Positions 19,744 through 29,858 of a stretch of 64,000 bases of DNA are shown in pieces. A program made the translations under genes and the position numbers. Below the pieces are notes generated by a model. That model was not told the origin of the DNA and searched no databases. It saw only the letters and a program-made list of their open reading frames with translations. The stretch covers positions 512,001 to 576,000 of the forward strand of contig CAXXTU010000002.1 in NCBI GenBank assembly GCA_963662655.2, in the 5' to 3' direction. This DNA comes from Candidatus Cloacimonadales bacterium. GTDB taxonomy: Bacteria; Cloacimonadota; Cloacimonadia; Cloacimonadales; JAIOQZ01. The stretch's first letter is position 1. Every line of letters begins with the position of its first letter.

Positions 19744-19781
19744 AAAAAAGAGTGAATTGCCCGGTTTACACCAGGCAATTC
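19744..19781 (-). terminator. intrinsic terminator/attenuator after acpP
   Basis: GAATTGCC...GGCAATTC hairpin followed by CTCTTTTTT on minus strand. Confidence 0.7.
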
Positions 19782-19789
19782 CAAGTAAC

Positions 19790-20023
19790 TTACTTTACTT
19801 TCTCTTTGAGGTAGTCGATTGCTTTACCAACTGTATCGAGCTTCTCGGCGTCTTCGTCCGGAATGTCAAGATCGAACTCTTCTTCGAATTTCATGATAAG
19901 TTCGACAGTGTCCAGTGAATCTGCACCGAGATCTTCGATGAAATGCGCGTTTTCCGTTACTTCACTGGCGTTTACATCCAGTTCTTCAACGATGATTTCT
20001 TTTACGCGTGCTGCAATATCCAT
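19790..20023 (-). CDS. acpP: acyl carrier protein
   Basis: 77 aa, [14 protein letters not shown] phosphopantetheine motif; AGGAGG RBS; true start lies inside the longer ORF call. Confidence 0.97.
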   Translation of the reverse strand: MDIAARVKEIIVEELDVNASEVTENAHFIEDLGADSLDTVELIMKFEEEFDLDIPDEDAEKLDTVGKAIDYLKEKVK

Positions 20024-20046
20024 TTTATTACCTCCTGTTGGATTTT

Positions 20047-20787
20047 CTACATGATAAGCCCACCGTCGACCTGTATGGTCTGCCCGGTGATATATGAAGC
20101 TTCTTCCGAAGCAAGGAACACACAAAGATTCGCCACGTCGAGGGGTTTCCCCATGCGGCTCATCGGTATCGCTTCCGCGTACGCCTTCACGACGTCTTCT
20201 GGGAGCTGGGTCATATCGGTTTCGATGAATCCCGGGGCGATCGAGTTCGCTCGTATGCCGCGTTTCGCCACTTCCTTCGCCGTCGATTTGGTGAAGGCGA
20301 TGATCCCGCCCTTGGAAGCGGCATAGTTCGCCTGGCCAATGTTGCCCATGAGGCCGATGACCGACGCAATGTTGATGATGGAGCCGGATTTCTGTTTCAG
20401 CATGGGGCGGATAACCCGCTTCGTGCAGATGAACGTTCCCTTGAGGTTCACGTTCATCACCAGATCCCAATCCGATTCTTTCATCTTCATCAGAATTCCG
20501 TCGCGAGTGATACCCGCGTTGTTGACCAGGATGTCGATATGACCGAACTGGTCGACCACTTCCTTCATGGCGTTTTCGACGGCTTCGTCGTCCGTAACGT
20601 CGAGAACGTGACCTTCCGCTTCAAAGCCTGCGTCCGCAAGCTGCTGAATCGCCGTCTCCATCTGGTCGGCCAGAAGATCGAACAAGACCGGAATTGCGCC
20701 TTCTTCCGCGTAGCGTTTCGCGATTGCGAATCCGATACCGCGCGCGCCGCCGGTCACGATTGCTATTTTACCTTCTAATCTTTTCAT
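20047..20787 (-). CDS. fabG: 3-oxoacyl-ACP reductase
   Basis: [21 protein letters not shown]. Confidence 0.97.
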   Translation of the reverse strand: MKRLEGKIAIVTGGARGIGFAIAKRYAEEGAIPVLFDLLADQMETAIQQLADAGFEAEGHVLDVTDDEAVENAMKEVVDQFGHIDILVNNAGITRDGILMKMKESDWDLVMNVNLKGTFICTKRVIRPMLKQKSGSIINIASVIGLMGNIGQANYAASKGGIIAFTKSTAKEVAKRGIRANSIAPGFIETDMTQLPEDVVKAYAEAIPMSRMGKPLDVANLCVFLASEEASYITGQTIQVDGGLIM

Positions 20788-21731
20788 AACTCTTCCAGTT
20801 TCGCTTTTACAGCCTCGACATCCTCGAGCTTATCAACGCTGAAGATCGTGGCGTCGCGATTGATTTTCTTCATCATTCCAGCCAATACTCGCTGCGGTCC
20901 AAATTCTATGAAGATTGGGTTAAACTTGTCAATTATTAATTCCATCGACTGCACCCACTGCACGGTCGAAGTCACCTGCAACGCGAGGTTCTTCTTGATC
21001 GCATCCAGCTCTGTAACGGGCTGCGCGTCGACATTCGACACGAGCGGGATATTCGTATTGTGGAATGAGGTTTGTTCAATTTCTTCCTTGAGCCACTCGC
21101 CTGCACGTGCGATGAGCGGTGAGTGGAACGGGCCGCCAACGGTCAATGGAATGACCCGCTTGGCTCCCTTCTCTCTGGCAATTTCTCCGGCCTTGTCAAC
21201 GCCGGCCTTAGAGCCGGAGATAACGGTCTGAACCGGAGTATTGAAGTTGGCAGCGATCACGATGCCTTCCGATTCGGCTTCCTTGCATATCTCGCGAACT
21301 TCGTCCGGCGAGAGGCCGACGATCGCGGTCATGCCGAAAGGTTTGCCATCGTTTGCGCGGATCATGAAGTCACCGCGCTTGTGGACGAGGTTCATCGCGT
21401 CGGAAAGTTCCAGGACGCCGTTGGCGACCAGTGCGGTAAATTCACCCAGCGAGTGCCCCGCCACGACATCCGGCCGGATGTCGATCAGGTTCTGCAGGCT
21501 GCGCATGGCAGCGATGCTGTGGAAGAGGATCGCGGGTTGCGTATAGGTCGTTTCGGTAAGCCTCTCTTCCGGGCCGTCTTTCATGACCTGGTAGAGCGTC
21601 GTGCCGTTCTTTTCGTCGAACCTGTTGAGGATGGCTTCGTTTTCGTCGTTGATGTAGTCCATCGCCATTCCGACGTACTGCGCCCCCTGGCCGGGAAAAA
21701 CAAATGCTATGTTGTGATTCTTGTAAGCCAT
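20784..21731 (-). CDS. fabD: malonyl CoA-ACP transacylase
   Basis: FPGQGAQ, GHSLGE, PFHS. Confidence 0.97.
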   Translation of the reverse strand: MAYKNHNIAFVFPGQGAQYVGMAMDYINDENEAILNRFDEKNGTTLYQVMKDGPEERLTETTYTQPAILFHSIAAMRSLQNLIDIRPDVVAGHSLGEFTALVANGVLELSDAMNLVHKRGDFMIRANDGKPFGMTAIVGLSPDEVREICKEAESEGIVIAANFNTPVQTVISGSKAGVDKAGEIAREKGAKRVIPLTVGGPFHSPLIARAGEWLKEEIEQTSFHNTNIPLVSNVDAQPVTELDAIKKNLALQVTSTVQWVQSMELIIDKFNPIFIEFGPQRVLAGMMKKINRDATIFSVDKLEDVEAVKAKLEEL

Positions 21732-21744
21732 TTTCGTACCTCCA

Positions 21745-22743
21745 TCAATACCGGAAAATCATACTTCCGGAGGTGAGCCCCGCTCCGAATGCCACGGTCA
21801 TGACCATGTCGCCGCGCCGTATATGGTTCAGCTCGATCGCCTCGCTGAGGGCGCATGGAATCGTCGAAGCGGACGTGTTGCCGTATTTCTCGATGTTGAT
21901 AATCACCTTGTCTTCGTCAACCTTGAGCTTTCTGCCGACGCCCTCGATGATACGGAGGTTCGCCTGATGGGGGATGAGCCAATCGATATCTTTGATGTCG
22001 AGGTTGTTGCGCTTCATCACCACTTCGCAGGCTCCTGCCATCGATTTGATCGCCAGCTTGAATATCTTGTTGCCTTCCATGTAAATGGTATGCTGATTCT
22101 TCCTGATCGTGCTCTTGGACGCCGGATACTTCGATCCGCCGGCCTGCTGGATCAGGAGGTCGCCATACGCGCCGTCAGAGAACATGACGGAATCGAAAAA
22201 GTGCGAAATATCGCTTCGCTCCGCTCTCGAAACAATTGCCGCTCCCGCTGCGTCGCCGAAAAGAACGCAAGTGTTGCGATCTTTCCAGTTCACAATGCGG
22301 GTCAGAATCTCCACGGCCACGACGAGTATGTTCTTGTACACGCCGTTTTCGATGTATTGCCTCGCAATATCGGCCGCGTAGATGAAACCGGTGCAGCCGG
22401 CTGACAGATCGAAAGCCGGGCAGTCGTTCTTGATTCCCAGCTTGTGCTGGAGGATGCAACCCGTCGAGGGGAATGCATGATCGGGGGTAACGGTACCCAC
22501 AATGATCAGGTCGATGTCTTTCGGGCGGATACCCGCCGCCTGGATGGCTCTCTCCGAAGCTTTCAAGGCCAGATCGGAGGACGCTTCGTCGTCAGCGGCA
22601 ATGTGACGTTCGAACATTCCGGTTCGTGTACGTATCCACTCATCGGATGTATCGACGATCTTCTCTAGATCGTAGTTGTTCAGTATTTTCGCAGGATGAT
22701 AGTGTCCCATCCCGGCGATTTTTGCATTGTATTTTTTTTGCAT
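21745..22743 (-). CDS. fabH: 3-oxoacyl-ACP synthase III
   Basis: DTSDEWIRTRTG, SAGCTGF, PHQANLRII, GNTSAS. Confidence 0.97.
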   Translation of the reverse strand: MQKKYNAKIAGMGHYHPAKILNNYDLEKIVDTSDEWIRTRTGMFERHIAADDEASSDLALKASERAIQAAGIRPKDIDLIIVGTVTPDHAFPSTGCILQHKLGIKNDCPAFDLSAGCTGFIYAADIARQYIENGVYKNILVVAVEILTRIVNWKDRNTCVLFGDAAGAAIVSRAERSDISHFFDSVMFSDGAYGDLLIQQAGGSKYPASKSTIRKNQHTIYMEGNKIFKLAIKSMAGACEVVMKRNNLDIKDIDWLIPHQANLRIIEGVGRKLKVDEDKVIINIEKYGNTSASTIPCALSEAIELNHIRRGDMVMTVAFGAGLTSGSMIFRY

Positions 22744-22757
22744 GATAACCTCGCAGG

Positions 22758-23759
22758 TTACGATGATTTATGTTCGAAAAATTCTTTGGCATGCTCAAGG
22801 AAACCCGATTGAGCAATCCTGGCTCCGAACCGGACAGCGTTCTTGATCGCAATCGCGTTCGAGCTTCCGTGGGCTACCAGGACAGTGCCATTCAAACCAG
22901 TCAGTAAGGCTCCGCCGTGCTCCGAATGATCGAGTTTCTTCTTGAGATACTGGTAGACGGGGAAAGAGAGCATCGCGCCAATCTTGGCGATCCAGTCTTT
23001 CTTGATCTGTTCCTTCATCATCCGGAAAATCGATACGGCTGCGCCTTCGAGGGTCTTGAGCATCACGTTGCCTACAAAACCATCACAAATCACGACGTTA
23101 ACTTCACCCTTCATCACCTGCTTGCCTTCGATGTTGCCGACAAAGTTGATGCCGGGCTCCACCAGAAGCAGTTGATAGGTTTTCTTGGCGAGTTCGTTGC
23201 CTTTCATGCTCTCTTCGCCAATATTCAAAAGGGCTACTTTGGGATTATCAATTTTATGGAAAAATTGAGAATATAATGACCCGAGCCTGGCAAACTGAAC
23301 CAGATAATCGGGCGTGCAATCCACGTTAGCGCCAACATCCAGCATAATCGTGTTTCCACTCATCGTGGGGAGGTGGATGGAGATCGCGGGACGCATTACA
23401 TTCTTGATTCTTCCGATATTCAAAAGCGAGGCAGCCATCACAGCGCCGGTGTTTCCCGCGCTGACAACGGTGTCGGCTTTTCCTTCCTTGTGCAGGAGGA
23501 TCGCTTTAACGAGCGAAGAATCTTTTTTCGATTTCACCGAGCTGGAAGCCTTATCGTCCATTGTCACGACTTGAGAGGCGTGGACAACTTCGATTCGAGT
23601 ACTATCGTAATAGTACTTTTCCAGCTCTTTCTTTAAGATATCTTCCTTGCCTGTGAGCAAAATCTTGTCGCAGGCATTCTCCTTAATTGCAAGAACCGCT
23701 CCCTCTACTTCTGGAAAGGGAGCGTTGTCTGAACCAAATGCGTCAAGAGCTACGATCAT
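22758..23759 (-). CDS. plsX: phosphate acyltransferase
   Basis: ALDAFGSDNAP, SAGNTGA, LDVGAN, CDGFVGN, HGSS. Confidence 0.97.
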   Translation of the reverse strand: MIVALDAFGSDNAPFPEVEGAVLAIKENACDKILLTGKEDILKKELEKYYYDSTRIEVVHASQVVTMDDKASSSVKSKKDSSLVKAILLHKEGKADTVVSAGNTGAVMAASLLNIGRIKNVMRPAISIHLPTMSGNTIMLDVGANVDCTPDYLVQFARLGSLYSQFFHKIDNPKVALLNIGEESMKGNELAKKTYQLLLVEPGINFVGNIEGKQVMKGEVNVVICDGFVGNVMLKTLEGAAVSIFRMMKEQIKKDWIAKIGAMLSFPVYQYLKKKLDHSEHGGALLTGLNGTVLVAHGSSNAIAIKNAVRFGARIAQSGFLEHAKEFFEHKSS

Positions 23760-23944
23760 CAGGCTTTTTCTTTAATCTCGATGACCTTTTTCCCTTTGTA
23801 GTATCCACACTTATCGCATACGTTATGCGGACGTGCCGGTTCGCCGCAGTTCGGACAGGTAGTCCAGGTAGGCATCTCAGCTTTGAAATGCGTTCTGCGT
23901 TTGTCACGGCGTGACTTTGAAGTTTTCCGTTTTGGTACTGCCAT
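23759..23944 (-). CDS. rpmF: 50S ribosomal protein L32
   Basis: [21 protein letters not shown]...CDKCGYY zinc ribbon. Confidence 0.97.
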   Translation of the reverse strand: MAVPKRKTSKSRRDKRRTHFKAEMPTWTTCPNCGEPARPHNVCDKCGYYKGKKVIEIKEKA

Positions 23945-24184
23945 TTTCAGCTCCTTGTATTCTTACTTCTACTATATAACAATATGGCATCTCCGCATTG
24001 AAACCATGAGTTTTCTCACCGTTACAATCCAAGATGCAAACAAGATTGTCACAATATTTTCCAATGTTTCCATGTCAAGAAAAATGAGACAAATAGAACC
24101 GAAACGGCTAAATCGCTTTTTCCGGGCGGGATTTGGGTAACTGGAATGAATTCCGCATGTTAGTCGGACTACTGTGACATGGAC

Positions 24185-24217
24185 AAAAAGAAAGCCCGAA
24201 TCAATTGAAACGGGCTT
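24185..24217 (-). terminator. intrinsic terminator
   Basis: AAGCCCG/CGGGCTT stem followed by TCTTTTT on minus strand, after the solute-binding protein stop. Confidence 0.75.
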
Positions 24218-24230
24218 GGAAGAAGTTGAT

Positions 24231-24986
24231 TTATTCCCAGTCTTGCATTCCGTACTTGCTCATGATCTTCGTAAGCGTGCCATTCTTTCTGATTTTCTCC
24301 ATTCCTTCGTCCAACATCTTCGCATATTCTTTCGACTTGGGATTCTTCGGGGAGAATGCCACATAGACTGCGTCGAGCGACTCGTCCGTGCCGGCTATCC
24401 TGATATTGTCGTTCAGCTTGATCTCATTGACCGTGTACTCTCCTACGGCTTTTGTGGCCAGAACCACGTCGATATCACCCTTGCTCAGGGCCGTGAAATT
24501 CTTGATGAGTGGAAGATCGCCAAACGCCCATTTGGCATCCGGGTTGTCTTTAAGAAACTCATCGATATCTGAACCGTAAGAATAGTCGAGAATAACGCCT
24601 AGCTTTTTTCCTTTCAACGATGATATACCTGAATATTTCCAGCCATCGTCCTGCCGGACGAAGAAAGCCAGTTCAGATACGCCCTGAGCCTTTTGAGGAA
24701 AGATAAAACCTTCGGCGTCTTCGTGTGCAGCTCCCACAACTGCCGTGAATTTTCCGTTCTCGGTTTCTTTCAATGCCTTTGTCCAGGGTAAGACACTGTA
24801 CTCCACTTTGTAACCAAGAGGTTCGAATACTGCTCTTGCGATGTCGATCATGAATCCCTCATTGCTTGATATCGCGGGATCCATGTTGAATGGGGGCCAG
24901 GGATCTGCCGCCAATGTAATTGTTTCCTGAGCGGTCAAACCGAATGTGAGCGCAAAGAGAATTACCAATAAAATTGTGTGTTTCAT
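24231..24986 (-). CDS. periplasmic solute-binding protein family 3 (orphan)
   Basis: Signal peptide; AADPWPPF, EGFMIDIARAVF, LPWTKA, GVILDYSYG; no permease nearby. Confidence 0.85.
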   Translation of the reverse strand: MKHTILLVILFALTFGLTAQETITLAADPWPPFNMDPAISSNEGFMIDIARAVFEPLGYKVEYSVLPWTKALKETENGKFTAVVGAAHEDAEGFIFPQKAQGVSELAFFVRQDDGWKYSGISSLKGKKLGVILDYSYGSDIDEFLKDNPDAKWAFGDLPLIKNFTALSKGDIDVVLATKAVGEYTVNEIKLNDNIRIAGTDESLDAVYVAFSPKNPKSKEYAKMLDEGMEKIRKNGTLTKIMSKYGMQDWE

Positions 24987-25101
24987 GATGATCTCCTGAT
25001 TCATAATTATTATAGTACAGTAACATAATAATCGAGAAGAGAATGTCTGTAAAATGGATTAATGTATTTTTCTCGTGAGGAATTGGTTTATGAAAACTTC
25101 C

Positions 25102-26478
25102 TCATGGAGTTTGATTCACATACTCCCAGAGGTCGCCGACAAACCGGTTGCGGAAATAGACGCGATCGTAGGGAGCTTTATCGGGGTAGTTGTTCACGAC
25201 GAAGGTGAAAAGGTAGGTTTTACCATTCTTTGCGACCATCATGCCCGTCATGGCAGCGACGTCGCTCAGTAGGCCGGTCTTGGCCCGTATAATTCCGGAA
25301 ACGTCTTCGAATCCCGGTGTGTCGACGAGCGTTCCTTCCTCGCCATAGACTGGAAGTGAGGAGAGGAAATCGATGCGGAGATGCGGATCGCGGTAGGCGT
25401 ATTTCATCAGATCGATGAACACGGACGCGCTGAGCATGTTCTCGCCGTTGCCGAGTCCGGAGCCGTTGACGATGTCGATTTCGTGGCCCAGCTCTTCGTT
25501 CGCGAAACGCTTGATCAAGGCCAGGCCCTGATCGGGATCTTTCGCCAGCGAATCGCCAATGGTATATTTGAGGGTCTCGGCAATCAGGTTGGATGACCAG
25601 ATATTCATGGTTTCCACGATGTCCCGCAGCGGCTTGGATTCATGCTCGAAGTGAACGATTTCTTCTTGCAGGAACAGCGAATCGGGCAAGTGCCTGCGTT
25701 CGATTGGGGCCGGTTTGTTTCCGAAAACGTGCAGTAACGTTTTTACATAGTGTTCAGTCGGGTGGTGGATCATGCGGGAGAACGTCGATGGCTTTTCTCG
25801 TCCTTCGCCGACCGTTCCGCGAAGCTGGATCGTATCTCCCTGCCCGTTGTCCGCACAACTCACGCTCAGCCTGCGCCGGCTTCCCGCGACTGTTCTCGCC
25901 TGGTTGTCCAGCGAGAAGTAGTTTCCCGGGGTTCGCAGGAAGGCATTCGCTCCCCTTCCCGCCTTGGACGGCGTGACGGAGAATACAACGCTGTTATAGT
26001 TGAGGCAGAGTCCCGATGCGTACGCAAGATAGGCCCTGTCGCTCTTCTCTTGAATTCCTTCGACAGGCCGGAAGCCTGCATCGCCGAACCGGAAGTCGTC
26101 GACGATTACCTTGTTTATATCTCCGATTCCGTGAACCTGGAACCAGTAAGTAAAATTCTCGAAATCTTCGATGACCGTGGTGGGGTCGCCGCCACCCTTG
26201 ATGTACAGGGTATGCGTACCCGGATCGTATCCGAAATCGGTGGAATAGCGGTAGCCTGTGCCCAGGTAGTGCAGCGCAGCCAGGGACGTTAGGAGCTTCA
26301 GGTTGGATGCGAAGCGGAAAGGCTCGTCTTCATTGTGTGATAGGACGGTTTGGTCGTCGTCGACGCAATACACGATATAGGCGACGTCACTTTTCCGCGA
26401 GGGCTTGTAATCGAATTTCGCCGCGTTCAGGCATCCGATCGTAAATACCAAAAGTAGCGGGAGGAGTCTTCTAATCAT
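25102..26478 (-). CDS. dacB: D-alanyl-D-alanine carboxypeptidase/endopeptidase (PBP4, peptidase S13)
   Basis: ASNLK (SxxK), GGGDP, SSN (SxN), NGSGL, AKTG. Confidence 0.9.
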   Translation of the reverse strand: MIRRLLPLLLVFTIGCLNAAKFDYKPSRKSDVAYIVYCVDDDQTVLSHNEDEPFRFASNLKLLTSLAALHYLGTGYRYSTDFGYDPGTHTLYIKGGGDPTTVIEDFENFTYWFQVHGIGDINKVIVDDFRFGDAGFRPVEGIQEKSDRAYLAYASGLCLNYNSVVFSVTPSKAGRGANAFLRTPGNYFSLDNQARTVAGSRRRLSVSCADNGQGDTIQLRGTVGEGREKPSTFSRMIHHPTEHYVKTLLHVFGNKPAPIERRHLPDSLFLQEEIVHFEHESKPLRDIVETMNIWSSNLIAETLKYTIGDSLAKDPDQGLALIKRFANEELGHEIDIVNGSGLGNGENMLSASVFIDLMKYAYRDPHLRIDFLSSLPVYGEEGTLVDTPGFEDVSGIIRAKTGLLSDVAAMTGMMVAKNGKTYLFTFVVNNYPDKAPYDRVYFRNRFVGDLWEYVNQTP

Positions 26479-27232
26479 ATTTCTTCGCGAGGATAATCAT
26501 GTTGTGGGAAACCGATGTGAACGGTCCGCCGTCGAACGAACCGAAGACGTCTTCAATGTGGAAACCGCAGTTCATCAGTAGGAGATTCATGTAGTCGAGA
26601 TCGAGGTCGCGCATGGCGATGGTCATTTCCTGGGACTCGAAGGAACCGTCGTGATGGAAGATGTCGTAGCGATCGTGCCAGGTTCGGGACTTGAACACCC
26701 TGTCGTCCTCCCACGAAGTATAGCAGGCAACGATGGCGTTTCTGGATTCCCACGGAGCCGTGTAGCTGTGTTCCATGTCCGGGGCTTGCCGGTCGTCGAT
26801 CACGGCGGGATCGAGGTCCAGCGCGAGGATGCTGCCGGATTTCAGGTGTCTGCGTGCATTTCGCAGGCAGAGCATCTGTTCTTCCAGGGATTGAAGGAGC
26901 TGGAAAGACGAATACGGAATGAACGCAAAAGCAAAGGTCTCGTCCAGAGCGAATTCCGCCATGCTGGCGCAGATCGTCGTTAGCTTCGGGTGATTTCCCG
27001 CCTTGCGCTTCAGAAGCTCGATCATTCCGGGGGCGTAGTCCAGCGCGGTGACGGTGTGGCCGCCTTCAAGCAGCGGGATGGTTATGCGCCCGCCTCCGCA
27101 GCCGAGTTCGAGGATCGGACCGCCGTATTCTCCGGCGAGCTTCTTCCACATCCCGACGTCGTGCTTCTGGCGAGTACAAACGAGATCGAACTCCCACTCG
27201 TACAGTTCGGCGAAATGACTCCAGTGATGCAT
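26471..27232 (-). CDS. class I SAM-dependent methyltransferase
   Basis: PILELGCGGGR motif I, VTALDYAPGM. Confidence 0.88.
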   Translation of the reverse strand: MHHWSHFAELYEWEFDLVCTRQKHDVGMWKKLAGEYGGPILELGCGGGRITIPLLEGGHTVTALDYAPGMIELLKRKAGNHPKLTTICASMAEFALDETFAFAFIPYSSFQLLQSLEEQMLCLRNARRHLKSGSILALDLDPAVIDDRQAPDMEHSYTAPWESRNAIVACYTSWEDDRVFKSRTWHDRYDIFHHDGSFESQEMTIAMRDLDLDYMNLLLMNCGFHIEDVFGSFDGGPFTSVSHNMIILAKKYD

Positions 27233-27241
27233 GCGGACTCC

Positions 27242-28375
27242 TTACACGACCGTCAATTGCATGTAGCCCATCGAGAATCTTCCGCTCTCCGGGACGAAGC
27301 AGAGAATCTTCTGTCCCTTCTTCAGCTTCCCGGAGTGGAATATCTCGTCGAGGATGATGAAGATGGATGCTGCGCCGGTATTACCCTTATAAGTGAGATT
27401 GGTGAACCATTTTTCGTAGGGGATGGGGAAGCCGATGTCGTGCATACGCTCGAACAGTATCTTGCGGAAATACTCCGATGAATAATGCGGCAGGAACCAG
27501 TCGAAATCATCCGCATTGAGTTGGTGGCGCTCGACGGATGTCTTCAGGGCGCGATTCACGCCGATCTCCGGAATCCAGTGGTTGAGCAGCTTCACGTCCT
27601 GCTTGATGGGGAAATAGTCTTCCTTCACCGCGTCAAGAAGCGATGGCGCGGTTCTCCAGCCGTGGATGGAACCGTCTTCTTTCTTGATCGCGCCGGCGTA
27701 CATGCAGGTTTCGATTTCACCGGCGTAGGAGTGAAGATCGCTCCAGTCGATGCGCAGGGAGAGGGCGTCTTCGTTGGGCCGGTTCTTGATGGTGACGGCT
27801 CCGGCTCCATCGGAAAGCATCCAGCGTAGGAAATCGATGCCGAATGCCATCTCCGGTTGCTTTTCCAGATCGACATCCTCGTCGAGATGGAAACGCTTCA
27901 GGAAATCCGCGCGTAAAAATGTGGAGCACATCTCCGAGCCGGTGGCCGTAGCCTGGGATGCGTTGCCCGTCGCCACGCTCATCCAGGCGTAGTTGAACGC
28001 AGTAACGCCGGCGAGGCATTGTCCCGCCGTGCTCATCACGTGGATGGGGCCCAGGCCGAGTTCGCCGTGAACGAGCGGACCGATTCCCGGCATCACGGTG
28101 TCCGGAGTGGAGGTTCCGCAAGTGATGAGATCGGTTTTCTCGTAATCTTTCAGCTTCCTGATCGCCTCGGCTGCGAGTTGCGCATTGGAATGAGTGAACG
28201 CCCCGGTTTCGGGATCGATCGCGTAATGGCGCAGCTTGATTCCGTTGTTTCGCAGGATGATTCTTCGTGTTCGGGAGGAAAGACCTTCGATGCGTCCCAG
28301 GACGTCCTCGATCCGGTCGTTTCCGATGGGCTCGTTGGGCAGGTAAGATGCTAAATCAACAATGTATGCATCCAT
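27242..28375 (-). CDS. StlD/DarB family beta-ketosynthase (KAS III-like)
   Basis: LPNEPIGNDRIEDVLG, RIILRNNGIKLRHYAID, AGQC catalytic Cys, FLRWMLSDGAGA, FLPHYSS, GNTGAAS, VPESGRFS. Confidence 0.88.
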   Translation of the reverse strand: MDAYIVDLASYLPNEPIGNDRIEDVLGRIEGLSSRTRRIILRNNGIKLRHYAIDPETGAFTHSNAQLAAEAIRKLKDYEKTDLITCGTSTPDTVMPGIGPLVHGELGLGPIHVMSTAGQCLAGVTAFNYAWMSVATGNASQATATGSEMCSTFLRADFLKRFHLDEDVDLEKQPEMAFGIDFLRWMLSDGAGAVTIKNRPNEDALSLRIDWSDLHSYAGEIETCMYAGAIKKEDGSIHGWRTAPSLLDAVKEDYFPIKQDVKLLNHWIPEIGVNRALKTSVERHQLNADDFDWFLPHYSSEYFRKILFERMHDIGFPIPYEKWFTNLTYKGNTGAASIFIILDEIFHSGKLKKGQKILCFVPESGRFSMGYMQLTVV

Positions 28376-29668
28376 TTATCTCGTTTTCCTTTCATGAAAT
28401 CTACGGTATAACTCCGCGAATCGCGAGTAAAAATCTTTCTCAGGCAATCGTGTGGGTACCACCGCGTTCATGTATGTGTAGTAGTCCAGGTCGTGGACCG
28501 TGATCTGGTTCTTCATTTTCCGGAAGAGCGGTGTTCCGGGCATGGGCGTGAGGATGGTGAACACGGGCAACTGGATGTTCATGCTTTCAACGTACGTCTC
28601 GAGCTGCACGAAATTCTTCTCCGAGTAGTCCGGCGACACGATGAAATCGCCGATGATGGTGACGCCCAGTTTGTGGAGGATTTCAACGGCCTGTGGTATG
28701 ATATCCGCCTTGTAATCTTTGTTGAAGCCCGTTAGCTTGTCGTCGCAAATCTCCTCGAAGCCGACAATCGCGAATCCAAGTCCCGCCATCTTCCACTCGG
28801 CAAGGACTTCCTGCTTCTCGATAATCGCGTCGGCCCGGACGTCGATGGCGAACTTCTTTCGGATGTTCCTCGCCTGGATCGACCGGGCGATTTCCAGAGC
28901 CTGATCCGCATCGCCGAATGTATTGGCGTCGACCAGACGAATGACTGGAATCTCCGGTAGCAATTCGATATCGCGGATTACGGACTGCGGGGTTTTGGCA
29001 AAATATTTCCCGCCCGTCATGCGCGGGATCGCGCAAAAGGAGCAAGCGTACGGGCATCCCACGGAGGTTCCCACAAATCCGACAGGCAGGTTCACCCGCT
29101 CCACAATGTATCGATCGCGGTACTGCGAGACAAGATCGTACCGGGGCGGCTTCTCTTCGACGAGGTCGTCGATGGTGTAATTTCTTGGAGTATAAAGCAG
29201 TTCATCTTGCGTAGATGTCTTGGCGATACCAGCAACCGGGTCGGGATCGCCGCTTGCCAGGCGATCGAGCTGCTCGCGCAGGCTTTTCTTGCCCAGCCCG
29301 ATCACGATGTAATCGATCTCCTTGCGGTTGAAAAAATCCGGTTGGTACGTTGGGTGGGTACCGCCTACGAAAACGAGAGCATCGCTATCTCGTTTCACTT
29401 CTGAGGCGAGGCGAAGAACGGTGTTTGCTTCGCATGTAACGGCGGTGAAACCCACGAGCTCCGGCTCGAACGCGGCAAGAGCTTCCGAAAAATCTTCCTG
29501 ACAAATCTTCATGTCCACAATACGGACATCGTGATCTTCCAGATTCCCCGCAAGCTCCTCGAGACCGAGTGGTTCGCCGCGGAAAATCTGCTTGATCGCC
29601 TTGATATCGTACTGTTCTTCAGGAATGCTTTTACCCGCATTCGGCGGATTTACAAGAAGGATCCTCAT
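28376..29668 (-). CDS. cobalamin-binding radical SAM protein (class B methylase-like)
   Basis: N-terminal B12-binding domain (MRILLVNPP, PLGLEELAG, VGGTHPT); GCPYACSFC; LTPMPGTPL. Confidence 0.9.
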   Translation of the reverse strand: MRILLVNPPNAGKSIPEEQYDIKAIKQIFRGEPLGLEELAGNLEDHDVRIVDMKICQEDFSEALAAFEPELVGFTAVTCEANTVLRLASEVKRDSDALVFVGGTHPTYQPDFFNRKEIDYIVIGLGKKSLREQLDRLASGDPDPVAGIAKTSTQDELLYTPRNYTIDDLVEEKPPRYDLVSQYRDRYIVERVNLPVGFVGTSVGCPYACSFCAIPRMTGGKYFAKTPQSVIRDIELLPEIPVIRLVDANTFGDADQALEIARSIQARNIRKKFAIDVRADAIIEKQEVLAEWKMAGLGFAIVGFEEICDDKLTGFNKDYKADIIPQAVEILHKLGVTIIGDFIVSPDYSEKNFVQLETYVESMNIQLPVFTILTPMPGTPLFRKMKNQITVHDLDYYTYMNAVVPTRLPEKDFYSRFAELYRRFHERKTR

Positions 29669-29858
29669 ATTATCTCCAATTTTCCATAAACAACAATGCA
29701 ACTTTCAGCGTCAAGCCAAAAGTGAACTGATGCTCAACTTGTACATGTTTTTCGGCGAGGCTCTACCAGAAATTTCATGCTTGTTCTTGACAAACATTCC
29801 AGAATCCCAACAAGTAAATAAAATCAGTAAAATCAAGAAACTTCAGGTATGATAATCC

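Noticed and set aside
19790..20470. 226-aa ORF suggesting an extended ACP fusion
   Set aside because: The N-terminal part is an alternate frame of fabG; ACP has its own RBS and ATG at 20023
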